Counted from the stretch's first letter, positions 9,206-19,644 are shown. The stretch is 64,000 nt of DNA from an uncultured Spirochaetota bacterium (GCA_963820525.1 CAWGAA010000001.1:2304001-2368000); one strand, 5' to 3'. Notes: generated by a model not told the origin, from the sequence alone. Numbers and translations are program-made.

Positions 9206-10132
9206 ATGAGTCAGCGGCGGTCGGACAGGTTTGCCGGGAGGCCATGGCAGTCTCCCACGCTCATGGTATGCGCCTTTTTGCTTGCCGCCCTGCTCTCCTC
9301 CGGCTGCGGTCCGAGCCGCGGCGAGGTCGCCTCCACCTCAGCTTCGGCCAACTCCACAATCCAGATCACGGGGTCCGACACCCTGGTCAACCTGGCCCTT
9401 GCATGGGCCGAAGCCTACATGAACCTGCACCCCGACGTTCGTATCTCCGTGACGGGAGGCGGCTCGGGCACGGGCATCGCCTCCCTGATAAACGGCACGA
9501 TCAACATCGCCGACGCGTCCCGCGAAATGACGGCGGAAGAGATCGCCGCGGCGCGGAAGAACGGAATCGATCCCGTTCGATTCACGGTGGCCCTCGATGC
9601 CATCGCCGTCGTTGTCAACCTCGAGAACCCCGTCACGGGCCTTACCCTGCCCCAGCTCTCGCAAATCTACACGGCCAGGATCTCCACCTGGAGTGAAGTA
9701 GGCGGCGACAACCGTCCCATCGTGCTTCTCTCACGCGAGTCCAACTCGGGAACCTACGTATACTTCCTCGAGCGCGTCGTGCGCCTGGGAGAGAAAGGCA
9801 ACAGCGCCCTGTTCTCCCCCGACACCCTGCTGATGCCCTCATCCGAGGGGATAAGCGTCGAGGTGAAGCAGAACCCGAACGCCATCGGCTATGACGGCCT
9901 CGGCTACGTCACCCCCCAACAGAAGGTTGTCGCGGTCGCTTCCGAGCCGGGCAGGCCGTTCGTTCTTCCCTCCTCGAAGACGGTCCTGGACGGCTCGTAC
10001 CCGATCGCCCGGCCCCTGTTCATGTACACGGCGGGCGAGCCCTCCGGGGCGACCAGGCAGTATCTGGACTGGATCATGACCGACGGCCAGGCCATCGTGA
10101 AAAACCTCGGCTTCGTGCCGCTCAAGGAGTAG
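9206..10132 (+). CDS. pstS: Phosphate ABC transporter substrate-binding lipoprotein (PstS family)
   Basis: Lipobox LSSGC, ITGSDT, GGGSGTGI, SRESNSGT, YPIARPL. Start uncertain (9194, 9206 or 9266). Confidence 0.95.
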   Translation: MSQRRSDRFAGRPWQSPTLMVCAFLLAALLSSGCGPSRGEVASTSASANSTIQITGSDTLVNLALAWAEAYMNLHPDVRISVTGGGSGTGIASLINGTINIADASREMTAEEIAAARKNGIDPVRFTVALDAIAVVVNLENPVTGLTLPQLSQIYTARISTWSEVGGDNRPIVLLSRESNSGTYVYFLERVVRLGEKGNSALFSPDTLLMPSSEGISVEVKQNPNAIGYDGLGYVTPQQKVVAVASEPGRPFVLPSSKTVLDGSYPIARPLFMYTAGEPSGATRQYLDWIMTDGQAIVKNLGFVPLKE

Positions 10133-10137
10133 GGAAA

Positions 10138-11049
10138 ATGAGCGCGGCGAAGGACCGGCAGTCAACAAGGGCGCGCCGATGGGAAATCGCCATCGAAGCC
10201 TTCATCCGGGCCCTTGGCTTCTCCACCGTCGCCTTGGTCTGCCTTATCTTTTTGTTCCTGCTTCGCGAAGGGCTTCCCGCCTTCTTCGAGGTCGCCCCCG
10301 GAAATCTTTTTAGCTCCCACTGGTATCCCACTTTCGGCTTCTTCGGCACCCTGCCGCTCATCCTGGGCTCCATTCTCGTCACGCTGGTGGCCATCGTGAT
10401 CGCGCTGCCCCTGGGGGTGGCCACCGCCGTATTCGTCCGGGAGGTGGCGCCGGGGTGGGTCCGCGAGATCCTCAAGCCGATGATCGAGATCCTGGCCGGA
10501 ATTCCCTCCGTGGTGCTGGGATTCTTCGGCATGACCATCATCGCCCCGTTCGTGCGCCAGGCCCTCGGCGCGCCCACGGGCCTTACGGCGTTCACCGGCG
10601 CCCTCGTGCTCGCCTACATGAGCCTTCCCACGATCATCAGCGTGGCCGAAGACGCGCTGGACGCGGTTCCCAAGGGCTACCGGGACGCGGGCCTGGCGAT
10701 GGGAGCGACGAAGTGGCAGACGATCTGGCGGGTGGTGGTCCCCGCGGGACGCTCCGGGATCCTCACCGCCGTCATGCTCGGCATGGGGCGCGCCATCGGA
10801 GAGACCATGGCGGTGATGATGGTGACGGGAAACGCGGCGCGCATGCCCCTCGATTTTTCCTCGCTCATGGAGCCGGTGCGAACCATGACGGCCACCATCG
10901 CCGCGGAGATGGGTGAGGTGGCCCGGGGGAGCACCCACTACCACACCCTGTTCGCCATCGGAATCATCCTCTTCCTCATCACCTTCGCCACGAACCTCGC
11001 CGCCGCATCGGCGATCTTCAAGAAGCGGCGCCAGGGAGGGCTTCGCTGA
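10138..11049 (+). CDS. pstC: Phosphate ABC transporter permease PstC
   Basis: [23 protein letters not shown]. Confidence 0.96.
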   Translation: MSAAKDRQSTRARRWEIAIEAFIRALGFSTVALVCLIFLFLLREGLPAFFEVAPGNLFSSHWYPTFGFFGTLPLILGSILVTLVAIVIALPLGVATAVFVREVAPGWVREILKPMIEILAGIPSVVLGFFGMTIIAPFVRQALGAPTGLTAFTGALVLAYMSLPTIISVAEDALDAVPKGYRDAGLAMGATKWQTIWRVVVPAGRSGILTAVMLGMGRAIGETMAVMMVTGNAARMPLDFSSLMEPVRTMTATIAAEMGEVARGSTHYHTLFAIGIILFLITFATNLAAASAIFKKRRQGGLR

Positions 11050-11894
11050 TGAACCGCTACCTGGTCCAGCGCCTCGGTTTCATCCTCCTGGGCGCGATTG
11101 CCCTGATCGTGGTCATCCCCATCCTGATCGTGGTGGCAACGATCGTGGCCAAGGGCCTGGGGGCGATGAGCTGGGAGTTCCTCTCCTCCATGCCCCGGGG
11201 CGGCATGAAGGAGGGGGGCATCCTTCCCGCCATTGTCGGGACGGTCCTCCTCACCCTGGGCTGCGCGGCGGCCGCGGTGCCCGTCGGGGTTGGAGGGGCG
11301 ATCTATCTTTCCGAATACGCGCGCGACACGCGGCTCACGCGGGCGATACGCCTTGCCATCGTGAACCTGGCGGGAATCCCCTCGATCGTGTACGGGCTCT
11401 TCGGGCTGGGGATGTTCGTCCTGTTCTTCCGCTTCGGCGCCTCGATCCTTGCCGGGTCGCTGACCCTGGCGATCATGACCCTTCCGGTGATCATCTCCAC
11501 GGGAGAGGAGGCGCTGCGCTCCGTGCCCGTGGAGTTTCGAACCGTGTCGGCCAGCCTCGGCGGCACGCGCTGGCAGGGCATCCAGAACATCGTGCTACCC
11601 CAGGCTCTTCCCGGAATCATCACGGGAGTGATCCTGGGGCTCCTCCGCGCCGCGGGAGAAACGGCCCCCATCCTTTTCACGGTGGCCGCCTTCTACCTTC
11701 CCCGCCTGCCCAGCTCGCCGTTCGACCAGACCATGGCCCTGCCCTATCACCTCTATGTCATCAGCACGCAGGTGCCCGGCATGCCCTCCAAGGTTCAGTA
11801 CGGGACCGCCCTCGTGCTCCTGGCCTTCGTTCTCTCGCTCAACGTGGTCGCCACTCTCATCAGGAGGCATTTCCGGAGGAAGAGGCAGTGGTAG
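11049..11894 (+). CDS. pstA: Phosphate ABC transporter permease PstA
   Basis: NLAGIPSIVYGLFG, RAAGETAPI. Confidence 0.96.
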   Translation: MNRYLVQRLGFILLGAIALIVVIPILIVVATIVAKGLGAMSWEFLSSMPRGGMKEGGILPAIVGTVLLTLGCAAAAVPVGVGGAIYLSEYARDTRLTRAIRLAIVNLAGIPSIVYGLFGLGMFVLFFRFGASILAGSLTLAIMTLPVIISTGEEALRSVPVEFRTVSASLGGTRWQGIQNIVLPQALPGIITGVILGLLRAAGETAPILFTVAAFYLPRLPSSPFDQTMALPYHLYVISTQVPGMPSKVQYGTALVLLAFVLSLNVVATLIRRHFRRKRQW

Positions 11895-11905
11895 AGGGCA
11901 GATCC

Positions 11906-12664
11906 GTGGTCAACCCCAAGATCATCATTGAAAGCCTTTCCTACTCCTATGGAGGCAAGTCCTCGCTCGAGGATATCAGCCTCTCCATCCCGGGCAAGGC
12001 GGTCACCGTCTTTTTCGGCCCGGCCGGCGGCGGAAAGACCACCCTGATGCGCCTGATCAACAGGCTCAACGACCTGGTGGGAGAAACCCGCATGACGGGA
12101 AGGATCCTCCTCGACGGTGAGGATATCTATGCGCCGAACACCGACGTGACGCGCCTGCGCCGCCTCGTGGGCATGGTCTTCGCCCTGCCCCTCCCCCTGC
12201 CCGGCACGATCCGGGAGAACGTCGTCTACGGCCCACGCCTTGCGGGAACGCGGAACAAGGCAACGCTTGAGGGAATCATCGAGCGAAGCCTCGCCCAGGC
12301 GGCACTCTGGGGCGAGGTGAAAGACCGCCTGGACAGCCCCGCTTCGAGCCTCTCCGGGGGCCAGCAGCAGAGGTTGTGCATCGCGCGCAGCCTCGCCCTG
12401 GAGCCGGAAGTGCTCCTCCTCGACGAGCCGACCTCCGGCCTGGATCCGATCTCGACGGCCAAGGTGGAAGAATCCCTCCTGGAGCTCAAGAAGAGCTACG
12501 CCATCATCATGGTTCCCCACAGCGTCGGGCAGGCGGCCCGGATCGCGGATTACGCCGCCTTCTTCCTCATGGGCCGGCTGGTGGAGTTCGACGAGGGTCC
12601 CACCGTCTTCACCTCTCCTCGGGAGAAGCAGACCGAGGACTACATCACGGGCAGGTTCGGGTAG
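11906..12664 (+). CDS. pstB: Phosphate ABC transporter ATPase PstB (divergent copy)
   Basis: [41 protein letters not shown]. True start lies inside the longer ORF 10913..12664. Confidence 0.92.
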   Translation: MVNPKIIIESLSYSYGGKSSLEDISLSIPGKAVTVFFGPAGGGKTTLMRLINRLNDLVGETRMTGRILLDGEDIYAPNTDVTRLRRLVGMVFALPLPLPGTIRENVVYGPRLAGTRNKATLEGIIERSLAQAALWGEVKDRLDSPASSLSGGQQQRLCIARSLALEPEVLLLDEPTSGLDPISTAKVEESLLELKKSYAIIMVPHSVGQAARIADYAAFFLMGRLVEFDEGPTVFTSPREKQTEDYITGRFG

Positions 12665-12667
12665 GCC

Positions 12668-13435
12668 ATGGGTGGAATATCGGTTGATGGGCTTTCTTTC
12701 TCCTATGGCAGCCGACTGGCGCTGTCCGACGTGCGGGTCGAGATCGGGGAGCGGAGGATCACCGCCCTGATCGGCCCGTCGGGCTGCGGCAAGTCCACGT
12801 TCCTCAGGTGCCTCAACCGGATGAACGACACGATCCCCTCTTCCCGCGTGAAGGGGAGCGTGAAGCTGGACGGCCAGGACATCTATGCTCCGGGCACCGA
12901 CGTGGTGGCGCTTCGAAGGCGCGTGGGCATGGTCTTCCAGAGACCCAACCCCTTCCCCCAGTCCGTGTTCGACAACGTCGCCTTCGGCCCCCGCGTGCTG
13001 GGCACGCACAGCGGCAGGGAGCTCGCCGACGCGGTGGAGCAGAGCCTGCGGGGCGCAGACCTGTGGAACGAGGTGAAAGACTCGATGTCCCAGGACGCCC
13101 TTGCCCTATCGCTGGGCCAGCAGCAGCGGCTGTGCATCGCGCGCGTGATCGCCGTGAAGCCCGAGGTGATCCTCATGGACGAGCCCTGCTCGGCCCTCGA
13201 CCCCATTGGCACGCTTCGCATCGAGGAGCTGATGCGGACCCTGGTGAACGACTACACCATCGTCATCGTGACGCACAACATGCAGCAGGCGGCGCGGGTT
13301 TCCGACTACACCGGCTTCTTCTGGCTGAACGAGGAGAGGGCGGGAATACTGGCGGAGTACGGGCCCACGGAGGAGCTTTTCACGAGCCCGCGGGACAAGC
13401 GTACTGAAGACTACATCACCGGCCGATACGGATAA
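12668..13435 (+). CDS. pstB: Phosphate ABC transporter ATPase PstB
   Basis: [44 protein letters not shown]. Confidence 0.96.
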   Translation: MGGISVDGLSFSYGSRLALSDVRVEIGERRITALIGPSGCGKSTFLRCLNRMNDTIPSSRVKGSVKLDGQDIYAPGTDVVALRRRVGMVFQRPNPFPQSVFDNVAFGPRVLGTHSGRELADAVEQSLRGADLWNEVKDSMSQDALALSLGQQQRLCIARVIAVKPEVILMDEPCSALDPIGTLRIEELMRTLVNDYTIVIVTHNMQQAARVSDYTGFFWLNEERAGILAEYGPTEELFTSPRDKRTEDYITGRYG

Positions 13436-13450
13436 CAGGAGGGCATTGTC

Positions 13451-14122
13451 ATGCCACGGGAAAGATTCGAGCACGAACTGCAGCGCCTGCAGGCGGATGT
13501 CCTCGCGCTGGGACATGTGGCGCAGAAAGCGCTGGTTGATTCCGTCGAGACCCTCAGGCTGCAGGATCTGGACAAGGCCCGCGCGCTCATCGAGGGAGAC
13601 CGCGCCATCAATGAGAAGCGCTTCGCACTGGAAAACGAGGTCATCACCCTGATCGCGACCCAGCAGCCGATGGCGGGAGACCTCCGCATCCTCGCCGAGG
13701 TGCTGGAGCTCGTCACCGAGATGGAGCGCATCGCGGACTACGCCAAGGGCATCGCGAACATCGCGCTCATGATCGGCAAGGAGCCCCTCCTGAAGCCCCT
13801 GGTCGACATTCCCCGCATGGCCGCCAAGGCGAGCGATATGCTGGGCCGGGCGCTGGACGCGTTCATCCGCAGGGACGTGGATCTGGCCCGCGCCATCCCC
13901 AAGGAAGACGTCGAGGTGGACGCCCTCTACGAGCAGATCTACAGGGAGCTGGTCACCTACATCATGCAAAACCCGAAGAACATCGATCAGGCCACCCGCC
14001 TCACCTGGGTGGCCCACAACCTGGAGCGCGTTGCCGACAGGGTGGGAAACATCTGCGAAAGGGTGGTTTTCTCCGTCACGGGCAAGATCGAGGAGCTGGC
14101 GGGGCCCCCGGAGACGCAATAG
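13451..14122 (+). CDS. phoU: Phosphate signalling protein PhoU
   Basis: QQPMAGDLR, EMERIADY, LERVADR. Confidence 0.96.
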   Translation: MPRERFEHELQRLQADVLALGHVAQKALVDSVETLRLQDLDKARALIEGDRAINEKRFALENEVITLIATQQPMAGDLRILAEVLELVTEMERIADYAKGIANIALMIGKEPLLKPLVDIPRMAAKASDMLGRALDAFIRRDVDLARAIPKEDVEVDALYEQIYRELVTYIMQNPKNIDQATRLTWVAHNLERVADRVGNICERVVFSVTGKIEELAGPPETQ

Positions 14123-14176
14123 AGCTTTTACCGCCTTGCATGATATCCCCGGCGTGAGTACATTACCCTCCCGAGT

Positions 14177-16174
14177 ATGCGAAACAGGCATTCCGAGCGC
14201 CCTATCGAACGGCTGAAAGGCATCATCCTCGGAGCAGCGCGAAATCCCCAGGATCCCCAGCTCTTCCACAAGCTTTCCCTCGTCGCCTTCTTCGCATGGG
14301 TCGGGCTGGGCGCGGACGGCCTGTCCTCATCCTCCTACGGTCCCGAGGAGGCCTTCCTTGCCCTGGGCAGCCACACGTTCCTTGGACTCTTCGTGGCGCT
14401 GGCGACGGCATTGACCATCTTCATCATCGCGACGAGCTACTCTCAGATCGTCGAGCTTTTCCCCACGGGGGGCGGCGGATACCTGGTGGCGAGCAAGCTC
14501 CTCTCCCCCACTCTCGGGATGGTCTCGGGAAGCGCGCTCCTCATCGACTACCTCCTCACCATCACCCTCTCCGTCGCGAGCGGAGCCGACGCGATCTTCA
14601 GCTTCCTTCCCCTGTCCTGGCTGCGCTACAAGCTCGTCTTCGCCCTGGCAGGCGTCCTGCTCCTTACCGTGATGAACCTGCGGGGGGTCAAGGAATCCGT
14701 GGTTCCCCTTGTCCCCATCTTTCTCATCTTTCTGGCAACCCACGCCTTCGCCATCCTCTATGCCGTCGGGGCGAACCTCTCCATATTCCCCGAGGTTGCC
14801 CGCACCACCGGGGCGGAGCTGGGGCGCGCCGGCAAAGAGCTCGGCGGCCTGGGAATGATGATCCTCATCCTTCGCTCCTACAGCATGGGAGCGGGGACCT
14901 ATACGGGAATCGAGGCCGTGAGCAATGGAATCCCCATCCTTCGCGAGCCGAAGGTGCAGACGGCAAAGAAGACCATGCGCTACATGGCCGCCTCTCTCGC
15001 CTTCACCGCCGTGGGGTTGATGCTCGGGTATCTCCTCTTCAACGTGCGTCACGTACCGGGCAGGACGCTCAATGCGGTGCTGATGGAGCGGATCGCCTCC
15101 GGCTGGGGCGTCCCCGGCTACATCTTCGCGCTGGTCACCCTCCTCTCCGAGGCCGTGCTGCTCTTCGTGGCGGCCCAGACCGGCTTCCTCGACGGGCCGC
15201 GGGTCCTGGCCAACATGTCGCTGGACCGGTGGCTGCCCCAGCAGTTCAGCCTCTTGAGCGAGCGGCTCGTGATCAAGAATGGAATCCTCCTCATGGGGGG
15301 AGCCTCCGCCCTGCTCATGCTGGCCAGCGGCGGCTCGGTTCAGCTCCTGGTCGTCTTCTACGCCATCAATGTATTCATCACGTTCTGCCTCTCACAGACC
15401 GGAATGGTCCGCCACTGGTGGAAAGAGAGAAAGAACACGCCGGGGTGGTCGCGGAAGCTCTTCATCAACGGGATCGGTCTCCTTCTCTCCGGCTTCATCC
15501 TGGTCTCCCAGATCGTGCTGAAGTTCCAGCAGGGCGGGTGGATCACCATCGCGATCACCGGCTCTCTGGTTCTGGTCGCCGTGCTTGTCAGGCGCTTCTA
15601 TGCCCGCACCAACAAGAAGCTCAAGCGGCTCGACCACCTGATGGAGGCGGCCGTCGCTCCCTCGGCTTCGGAGGAGCCCGGCGCGAAAAAGAAGCCCGCC
15701 CCCCGATTCAAGCCCGAGGGGAAAACCGCCGTCATCCTGGTGTCCGGCTTCAATGGGACCGGCCTGCACACCCTCTTCAATGTCCGGCGGGTATTCGGGG
15801 AGGTGTTCAAGAATTTCGTTTTCATGCAGGCGGGGATCATCGACGCGGACCGCTTCAAAGGCGCCGAGGCCCTGGAGAAGCTCTCCAGCCACGTGCAGGA
15901 GGGGCTGGACCGCTACGTGGAGTTCCTCCGCACCCAGGGCATCCACGCCGAGGGGGTCTCCGCCCTGGGCACCGACGTGGCCGACGAGATCTGCGATCTT
16001 GCCCGAAAGATCTTCAAGAAAAACCCCAACTCCGTGTTCTTCGGCGGGCAGATCGTGTTCCCGGAAGAGACGTTCCTCTCGCGCCTGCTGTACAACTACA
16101 CATCCTTCGCCGTGCAGCGGCGCTTGCACCAGGACGGGATCCCGTTCATCATCATGCCGGTGCGGGTGAAGTAG
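14177..16174 (+). CDS. APC-superfamily permease, KimA/YdaO-like
   Basis: ADGLSSSSYGPEE, GGGGYLVA, TGIEAVSNG, about 12 TM helices and a C-terminal cytoplasmic domain. Confidence 0.85.
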   Translation: MRNRHSERPIERLKGIILGAARNPQDPQLFHKLSLVAFFAWVGLGADGLSSSSYGPEEAFLALGSHTFLGLFVALATALTIFIIATSYSQIVELFPTGGGGYLVASKLLSPTLGMVSGSALLIDYLLTITLSVASGADAIFSFLPLSWLRYKLVFALAGVLLLTVMNLRGVKESVVPLVPIFLIFLATHAFAILYAVGANLSIFPEVARTTGAELGRAGKELGGLGMMILILRSYSMGAGTYTGIEAVSNGIPILREPKVQTAKKTMRYMAASLAFTAVGLMLGYLLFNVRHVPGRTLNAVLMERIASGWGVPGYIFALVTLLSEAVLLFVAAQTGFLDGPRVLANMSLDRWLPQQFSLLSERLVIKNGILLMGGASALLMLASGGSVQLLVVFYAINVFITFCLSQTGMVRHWWKERKNTPGWSRKLFINGIGLLLSGFILVSQIVLKFQQGGWITIAITGSLVLVAVLVRRFYARTNKKLKRLDHLMEAAVAPSASEEPGAKKKPAPRFKPEGKTAVILVSGFNGTGLHTLFNVRRVFGEVFKNFVFMQAGIIDADRFKGAEALEKLSSHVQEGLDRYVEFLRTQGIHAEGVSALGTDVADEICDLARKIFKKNPNSVFFGGQIVFPEETFLSRLLYNYTSFAVQRRLHQDGIPFIIMPVRVK

Positions 16175-16262
16175 CGCCGGACCTTCGGGCGAACGACGAT
16201 GGGCGCGAGCCGGAGAGGACGGCACGCCAGGTCCTGACCGCCGGCGAAAAAGGGGGCTAGAG

Positions 16263-16961
16263 ATGAGCACGTCTGACAATGAACGGCGCGAGCTTCTCCG
16301 GCTCTATGCTGACCTTCGGGTGGCCGACGTCCGCGACGGCATGGATTGGAACATGATGCACCGCTTCGGCTCCCTCTCCCCCGACATCAGGCCGCTTTAC
16401 AGAACCCGGGCGCTGGGAATTGCGCGGACCTGTCGATACCTCCCCTATACCGGGCCGATCCCGACCATGGCACCCGAGGAATACAGGAAGTGGTCGGACT
16501 GGTACTACCAGAACGTGTGCACCTACCCCTGGATGGAAGACATCGAGGAAGGGGACTTCATCGTGATCGACCAGAGCGGAGTGGATGCGGGGCTCATCGG
16601 CTCTGCAAACGGACTTGGAGGGCGTATCCGCGGGGCGCGGGGATACGTCACGAATGGGGGCGTCCGCGATACCGACGAGCTGATAGCCGAAAAGGTCCCT
16701 TTCTGGTCCAGGATCATTTCCCAATCCATGGTGCAGGGAAGGCTCGCGTTCGACGCAAAAGACGCGCCCGTCAGCGTCGGGGGGGTCACGGTATTTCCCG
16801 GAGATGTCGTCGTGGCGGATGGCGATGGAGTGATCGTGGTGCCCCGAAAGCTCGCCGTGGATGTGGCCAGGTACGCTCATCTGGAGCTGAAAAATGACAA
16901 GGTCGAAAGACGAAGGCTGTATGAGAATGCGGGGCTTCCGCCCGACGACACCGTTGTGTAA
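16263..16961 (+). CDS. RraA / HMG-aldolase family protein
   Basis: VADVRDGMD, GDFIVID, GGVRD, PGDVVVADGDGVIVVP. Confidence 0.9.
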   Translation: MSTSDNERRELLRLYADLRVADVRDGMDWNMMHRFGSLSPDIRPLYRTRALGIARTCRYLPYTGPIPTMAPEEYRKWSDWYYQNVCTYPWMEDIEEGDFIVIDQSGVDAGLIGSANGLGGRIRGARGYVTNGGVRDTDELIAEKVPFWSRIISQSMVQGRLAFDAKDAPVSVGGVTVFPGDVVVADGDGVIVVPRKLAVDVARYAHLELKNDKVERRRLYENAGLPPDDTVV

Positions 16962-17015
16962 GCGCGCCCCCGACCTTCATTGGTGGCTATGCCTCGGCCC
17001 CCTCGCCCCGGCCGC

Positions 17016-18266
17016 CTATTGAATTTGCTTTTGCACTATCGCCGCCAGACGGGCGGCAAAAGCATCTCTTGCCTCCTTGGAGCCGAAGCCGCCGGGCGGC
17101 CAGGAAATGAAAGCTTGATGCACATCGTAGACTGCTTTGTCCGTCAGTTTAGCATCCAGCAGTGGAACGATTCGGGCTCCGCCTTCAAGAGCCCTGATGG
17201 ACTCCACCTGCACCTGAGTAGCATTTCCAGCTCCTTGAGACCCGCGTGCGTCGATCGCTGAAACTCGAAAACCATCCTCAGTCAGGCCGACGGCTCCATC
17301 TATGATCCACGTGTCGGCAATGGCAAGGGCGGATTCGAGATTGCGGCCCGAGGCAGGGAAAACGAAGCCGCTCTCTGAGCCCAGAACCGCCTTTGGAACA
17401 CGGTCTTTGCTGCTGCGCTTGATGAGCGTGAAGGACAGGTTCCCTGGATCTGTCATGGTGTTGACGGCGAAGGCTCCAATGAGGATAAAAGCGGCCCTGC
17501 CCTCCTTTACCCTGTCTAAAGCCTGGGTCCAGATAATGGATGATGCGTCAGGATTGAAGTAGCCCTTGGAAATCCATCCATCCAACTCGGCCAGGCTCGC
17601 CGTGGTTTGGGGATCCGAAAAAGAACGCTTGCCTGAAAGAAGACTCATGTATCCCTCAGGGCCATTGCGCAGCAGCTCTATCTGAAGAAGCCAATCAAGA
17701 AGATGCCATCCATGCGAGTTGCTGAGAGCAATGGGCGCCATCCCCTTCGCCTTCAAAGCTTCGCACTCCGCAATGAAGGAATCGATATCCGTCGGGGGTT
17801 TCAGCCCGTATCGTGCCAGGACGGCGGTATTGGAAAACAAGCCCCACACATATGCGCTGGCCGGCAGGAACCAGCTCTGATCGGGATCGAAGTACTGAAC
17901 GACGCCGCGATAGACCCGTGCCGTCGAAGCCAGCCGCGCTTTATACCCCTTGAAATCGGAATAGACGGAGGACTCATGCGCCCTGTGCAGGTTTCCCGAG
18001 TATTCCACAAGCATGAGATCCGGGGCCGCCGCAGGATCGGGAACTCCCGACCCGCCTCCCGTCTTGTTGGTGAAATTGACCGTCAGCCCGGGGAAGCCGC
18101 GTGAATCCTGCCGGATGGAATCGCGCACGGTGTCAAAACTCGTCGCCAGGGAAAGCTCCCCGGAAGCTCTCAGAGGCCGAGCCTTACAACCAGCAAATGT
18201 CAGCAGAATGCAGGCAAGCACGACGAAAGCATGCCGACTCATGCTGGCGAGGATAGCATTTCCCAT
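17016..18266 (-). CDS. Extracellular solute-binding lipoprotein (sugar-binding family 1-like)
   Basis: Lipobox FAGC. LP..YVWGLFSN..L..YGLKPPTD...LKAKG pattern. Start uncertain. Confidence 0.75.
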   Translation of the reverse strand: MGNAILASMSRHAFVVLACILLTFAGCKARPLRASGELSLATSFDTVRDSIRQDSRGFPGLTVNFTNKTGGGSGVPDPAAAPDLMLVEYSGNLHRAHESSVYSDFKGYKARLASTARVYRGVVQYFDPDQSWFLPASAYVWGLFSNTAVLARYGLKPPTDIDSFIAECEALKAKGMAPIALSNSHGWHLLDWLLQIELLRNGPEGYMSLLSGKRSFSDPQTTASLAELDGWISKGYFNPDASSIIWTQALDRVKEGRAAFILIGAFAVNTMTDPGNLSFTLIKRSSKDRVPKAVLGSESGFVFPASGRNLESALAIADTWIIDGAVGLTEDGFRVSAIDARGSQGAGNATQVQVESIRALEGGARIVPLLDAKLTDKAVYDVHQAFISWPPGGFGSKEARDAFAARLAAIVQKQIQ

Positions 18267-18354
18267 TTTCGCGAACAAGCTTTAGCGACAGGGCTTCCCC
18301 TCTCCCTGAAAGCCCTTGTTCCTCCGCTTTGAAACGCGGTAGTATCCAAACCGC

Positions 18355-19587
18355 ATGCACTTCTCGAAACGGACCATTGCCCTTTCCATTGCGGCGGGAG
18401 TCTGCCTTGTTGTCTTCGCCATCGTGATGGCGCGCATCTTTCTTTTCGGCCCCTTCACGGTTGCCCTGTACGGCCTTGACCCCCGGGAAGCGAAGGCTGT
18501 TGAGACTGCCTGCCGCTCCTATGGCACGATGGGAAAGGGGAATGCGCCTCGGGTTGTCGCAATAGAAAAGGGCCGGTCCCTGGCTTCGGTCCTCCAGCCG
18601 CGAGCAAAACCCGACCTCATCGTGTTCGAACCGGGCGGAGAATCCACGGCCGCGGTTCGATCCTTTGTCGCCATGCCCGCGGATCGCCAGGGGCTCTTTT
18701 CCACTACGCTTCGCTGGGCCGGCTCGTCGGGAAACACGTGGTACGCGGCCCCCCTGTTCCTCGACCACCTGGAGCTGGCCTGGAATGCAGGCGCTTTCGC
18801 CACTGCAAAGCTTGCGGTCCCGACCGGCATTTCTGCGCTTGAAAAGGCCGGCGCTTATTTCGTGAAACGAAAGCCAACCATCCCCATCCTCATCGCCGGC
18901 GGGGAGGATGAAGTCCTCATCGACGTCGTTGGTCAGCTTCTGGCAAACAGGTACGGCGCCGCGGCCTACGATTCCCTCGCATCGCTTCTTTCCAAACAGC
19001 GGGATTTTGCCAAGGTCCTATCATCTCCCCTCGCAGCCGAGGGCTCCTCCTCCTCAGGTCCAACTACGCTCGCCGAGACACTGGGCATTTTCATTGGATG
19101 GACGAACAAGGGATGGCTCCCCATAGATTGGCTGAGCTTCGATTCGGAAAGCTGCAAACGCCTGATTGAAAGCGGGATTGTGGCGGCAAGCATCCAACCC
19201 CTTTCGTTCCATCGCACGATAAGCTACGACGTCATCTACGGCTATAAAGCAGACAGGATGGGAATATTCAATGGAAACCCGCGCGGACCGATGACGGGCC
19301 CCCTCATCACGGCGGCAATACCGCGCGGAGCCCGCAATAGCGGCAAGGCCCGGAGGCTCCTCGATTTCCTCCTGGGAGCGGAGGGTCAAAAGGAGCTTGC
19401 GAAAGAAAGCGGCTGCGCGCCGGCGGTGCTCTCCGCGCAGGCCCCGGACATCCAGGCCTCGAGCGTTCGGGCATGGGCTGTGGCGAGCGACAGAATTCTG
19501 CAGGGACTCGACGTGGATGCCGGGGCGGATCGCGCCTGGCTTGCGCAAAACATCAGGGACTATATCTTCGCAAAGACCAGAAAATAG
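18355..19587 (+). CDS. Membrane-anchored extracellular solute-binding protein
   Basis: N-terminal TM segment, WYAAPLFLD..LAWN, AAIPRGARNSGKARRLLDFLLGAEGQ. Confidence 0.7.
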   Translation: MHFSKRTIALSIAAGVCLVVFAIVMARIFLFGPFTVALYGLDPREAKAVETACRSYGTMGKGNAPRVVAIEKGRSLASVLQPRAKPDLIVFEPGGESTAAVRSFVAMPADRQGLFSTTLRWAGSSGNTWYAAPLFLDHLELAWNAGAFATAKLAVPTGISALEKAGAYFVKRKPTIPILIAGGEDEVLIDVVGQLLANRYGAAAYDSLASLLSKQRDFAKVLSSPLAAEGSSSSGPTTLAETLGIFIGWTNKGWLPIDWLSFDSESCKRLIESGIVAASIQPLSFHRTISYDVIYGYKADRMGIFNGNPRGPMTGPLITAAIPRGARNSGKARRLLDFLLGAEGQKELAKESGCAPAVLSAQAPDIQASSVRAWAVASDRILQGLDVDAGADRAWLAQNIRDYIFAKTRK

Positions 19588-19597
19588 GGTCGCAAGA

Positions 19598-19631
19598 GAC
19601 GACAGCCCGGGGTGAGCCCCGGGCTGTCGTC
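19598..19631. terminator. 15-bp GC-rich hairpin between convergent genes
   Basis: gacgacagcccgggg-tgag-ccccgggctgtcgtc. Confidence 0.7.
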
Positions 19632-19644
19632 CGTATCATCTCTC

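Noticed and set aside
10913..11905. Apparent 330-aa N-terminal extension on PstB
   Set aside because: It overlaps pstC and pstA in another frame. The real start is GTG 11906.
14123..14176. c-di-AMP (ydaO) riboswitch before the KimA-like permease
   Set aside because: The intergenic region is only 54 bp and is filled by a promoter-like sequence.
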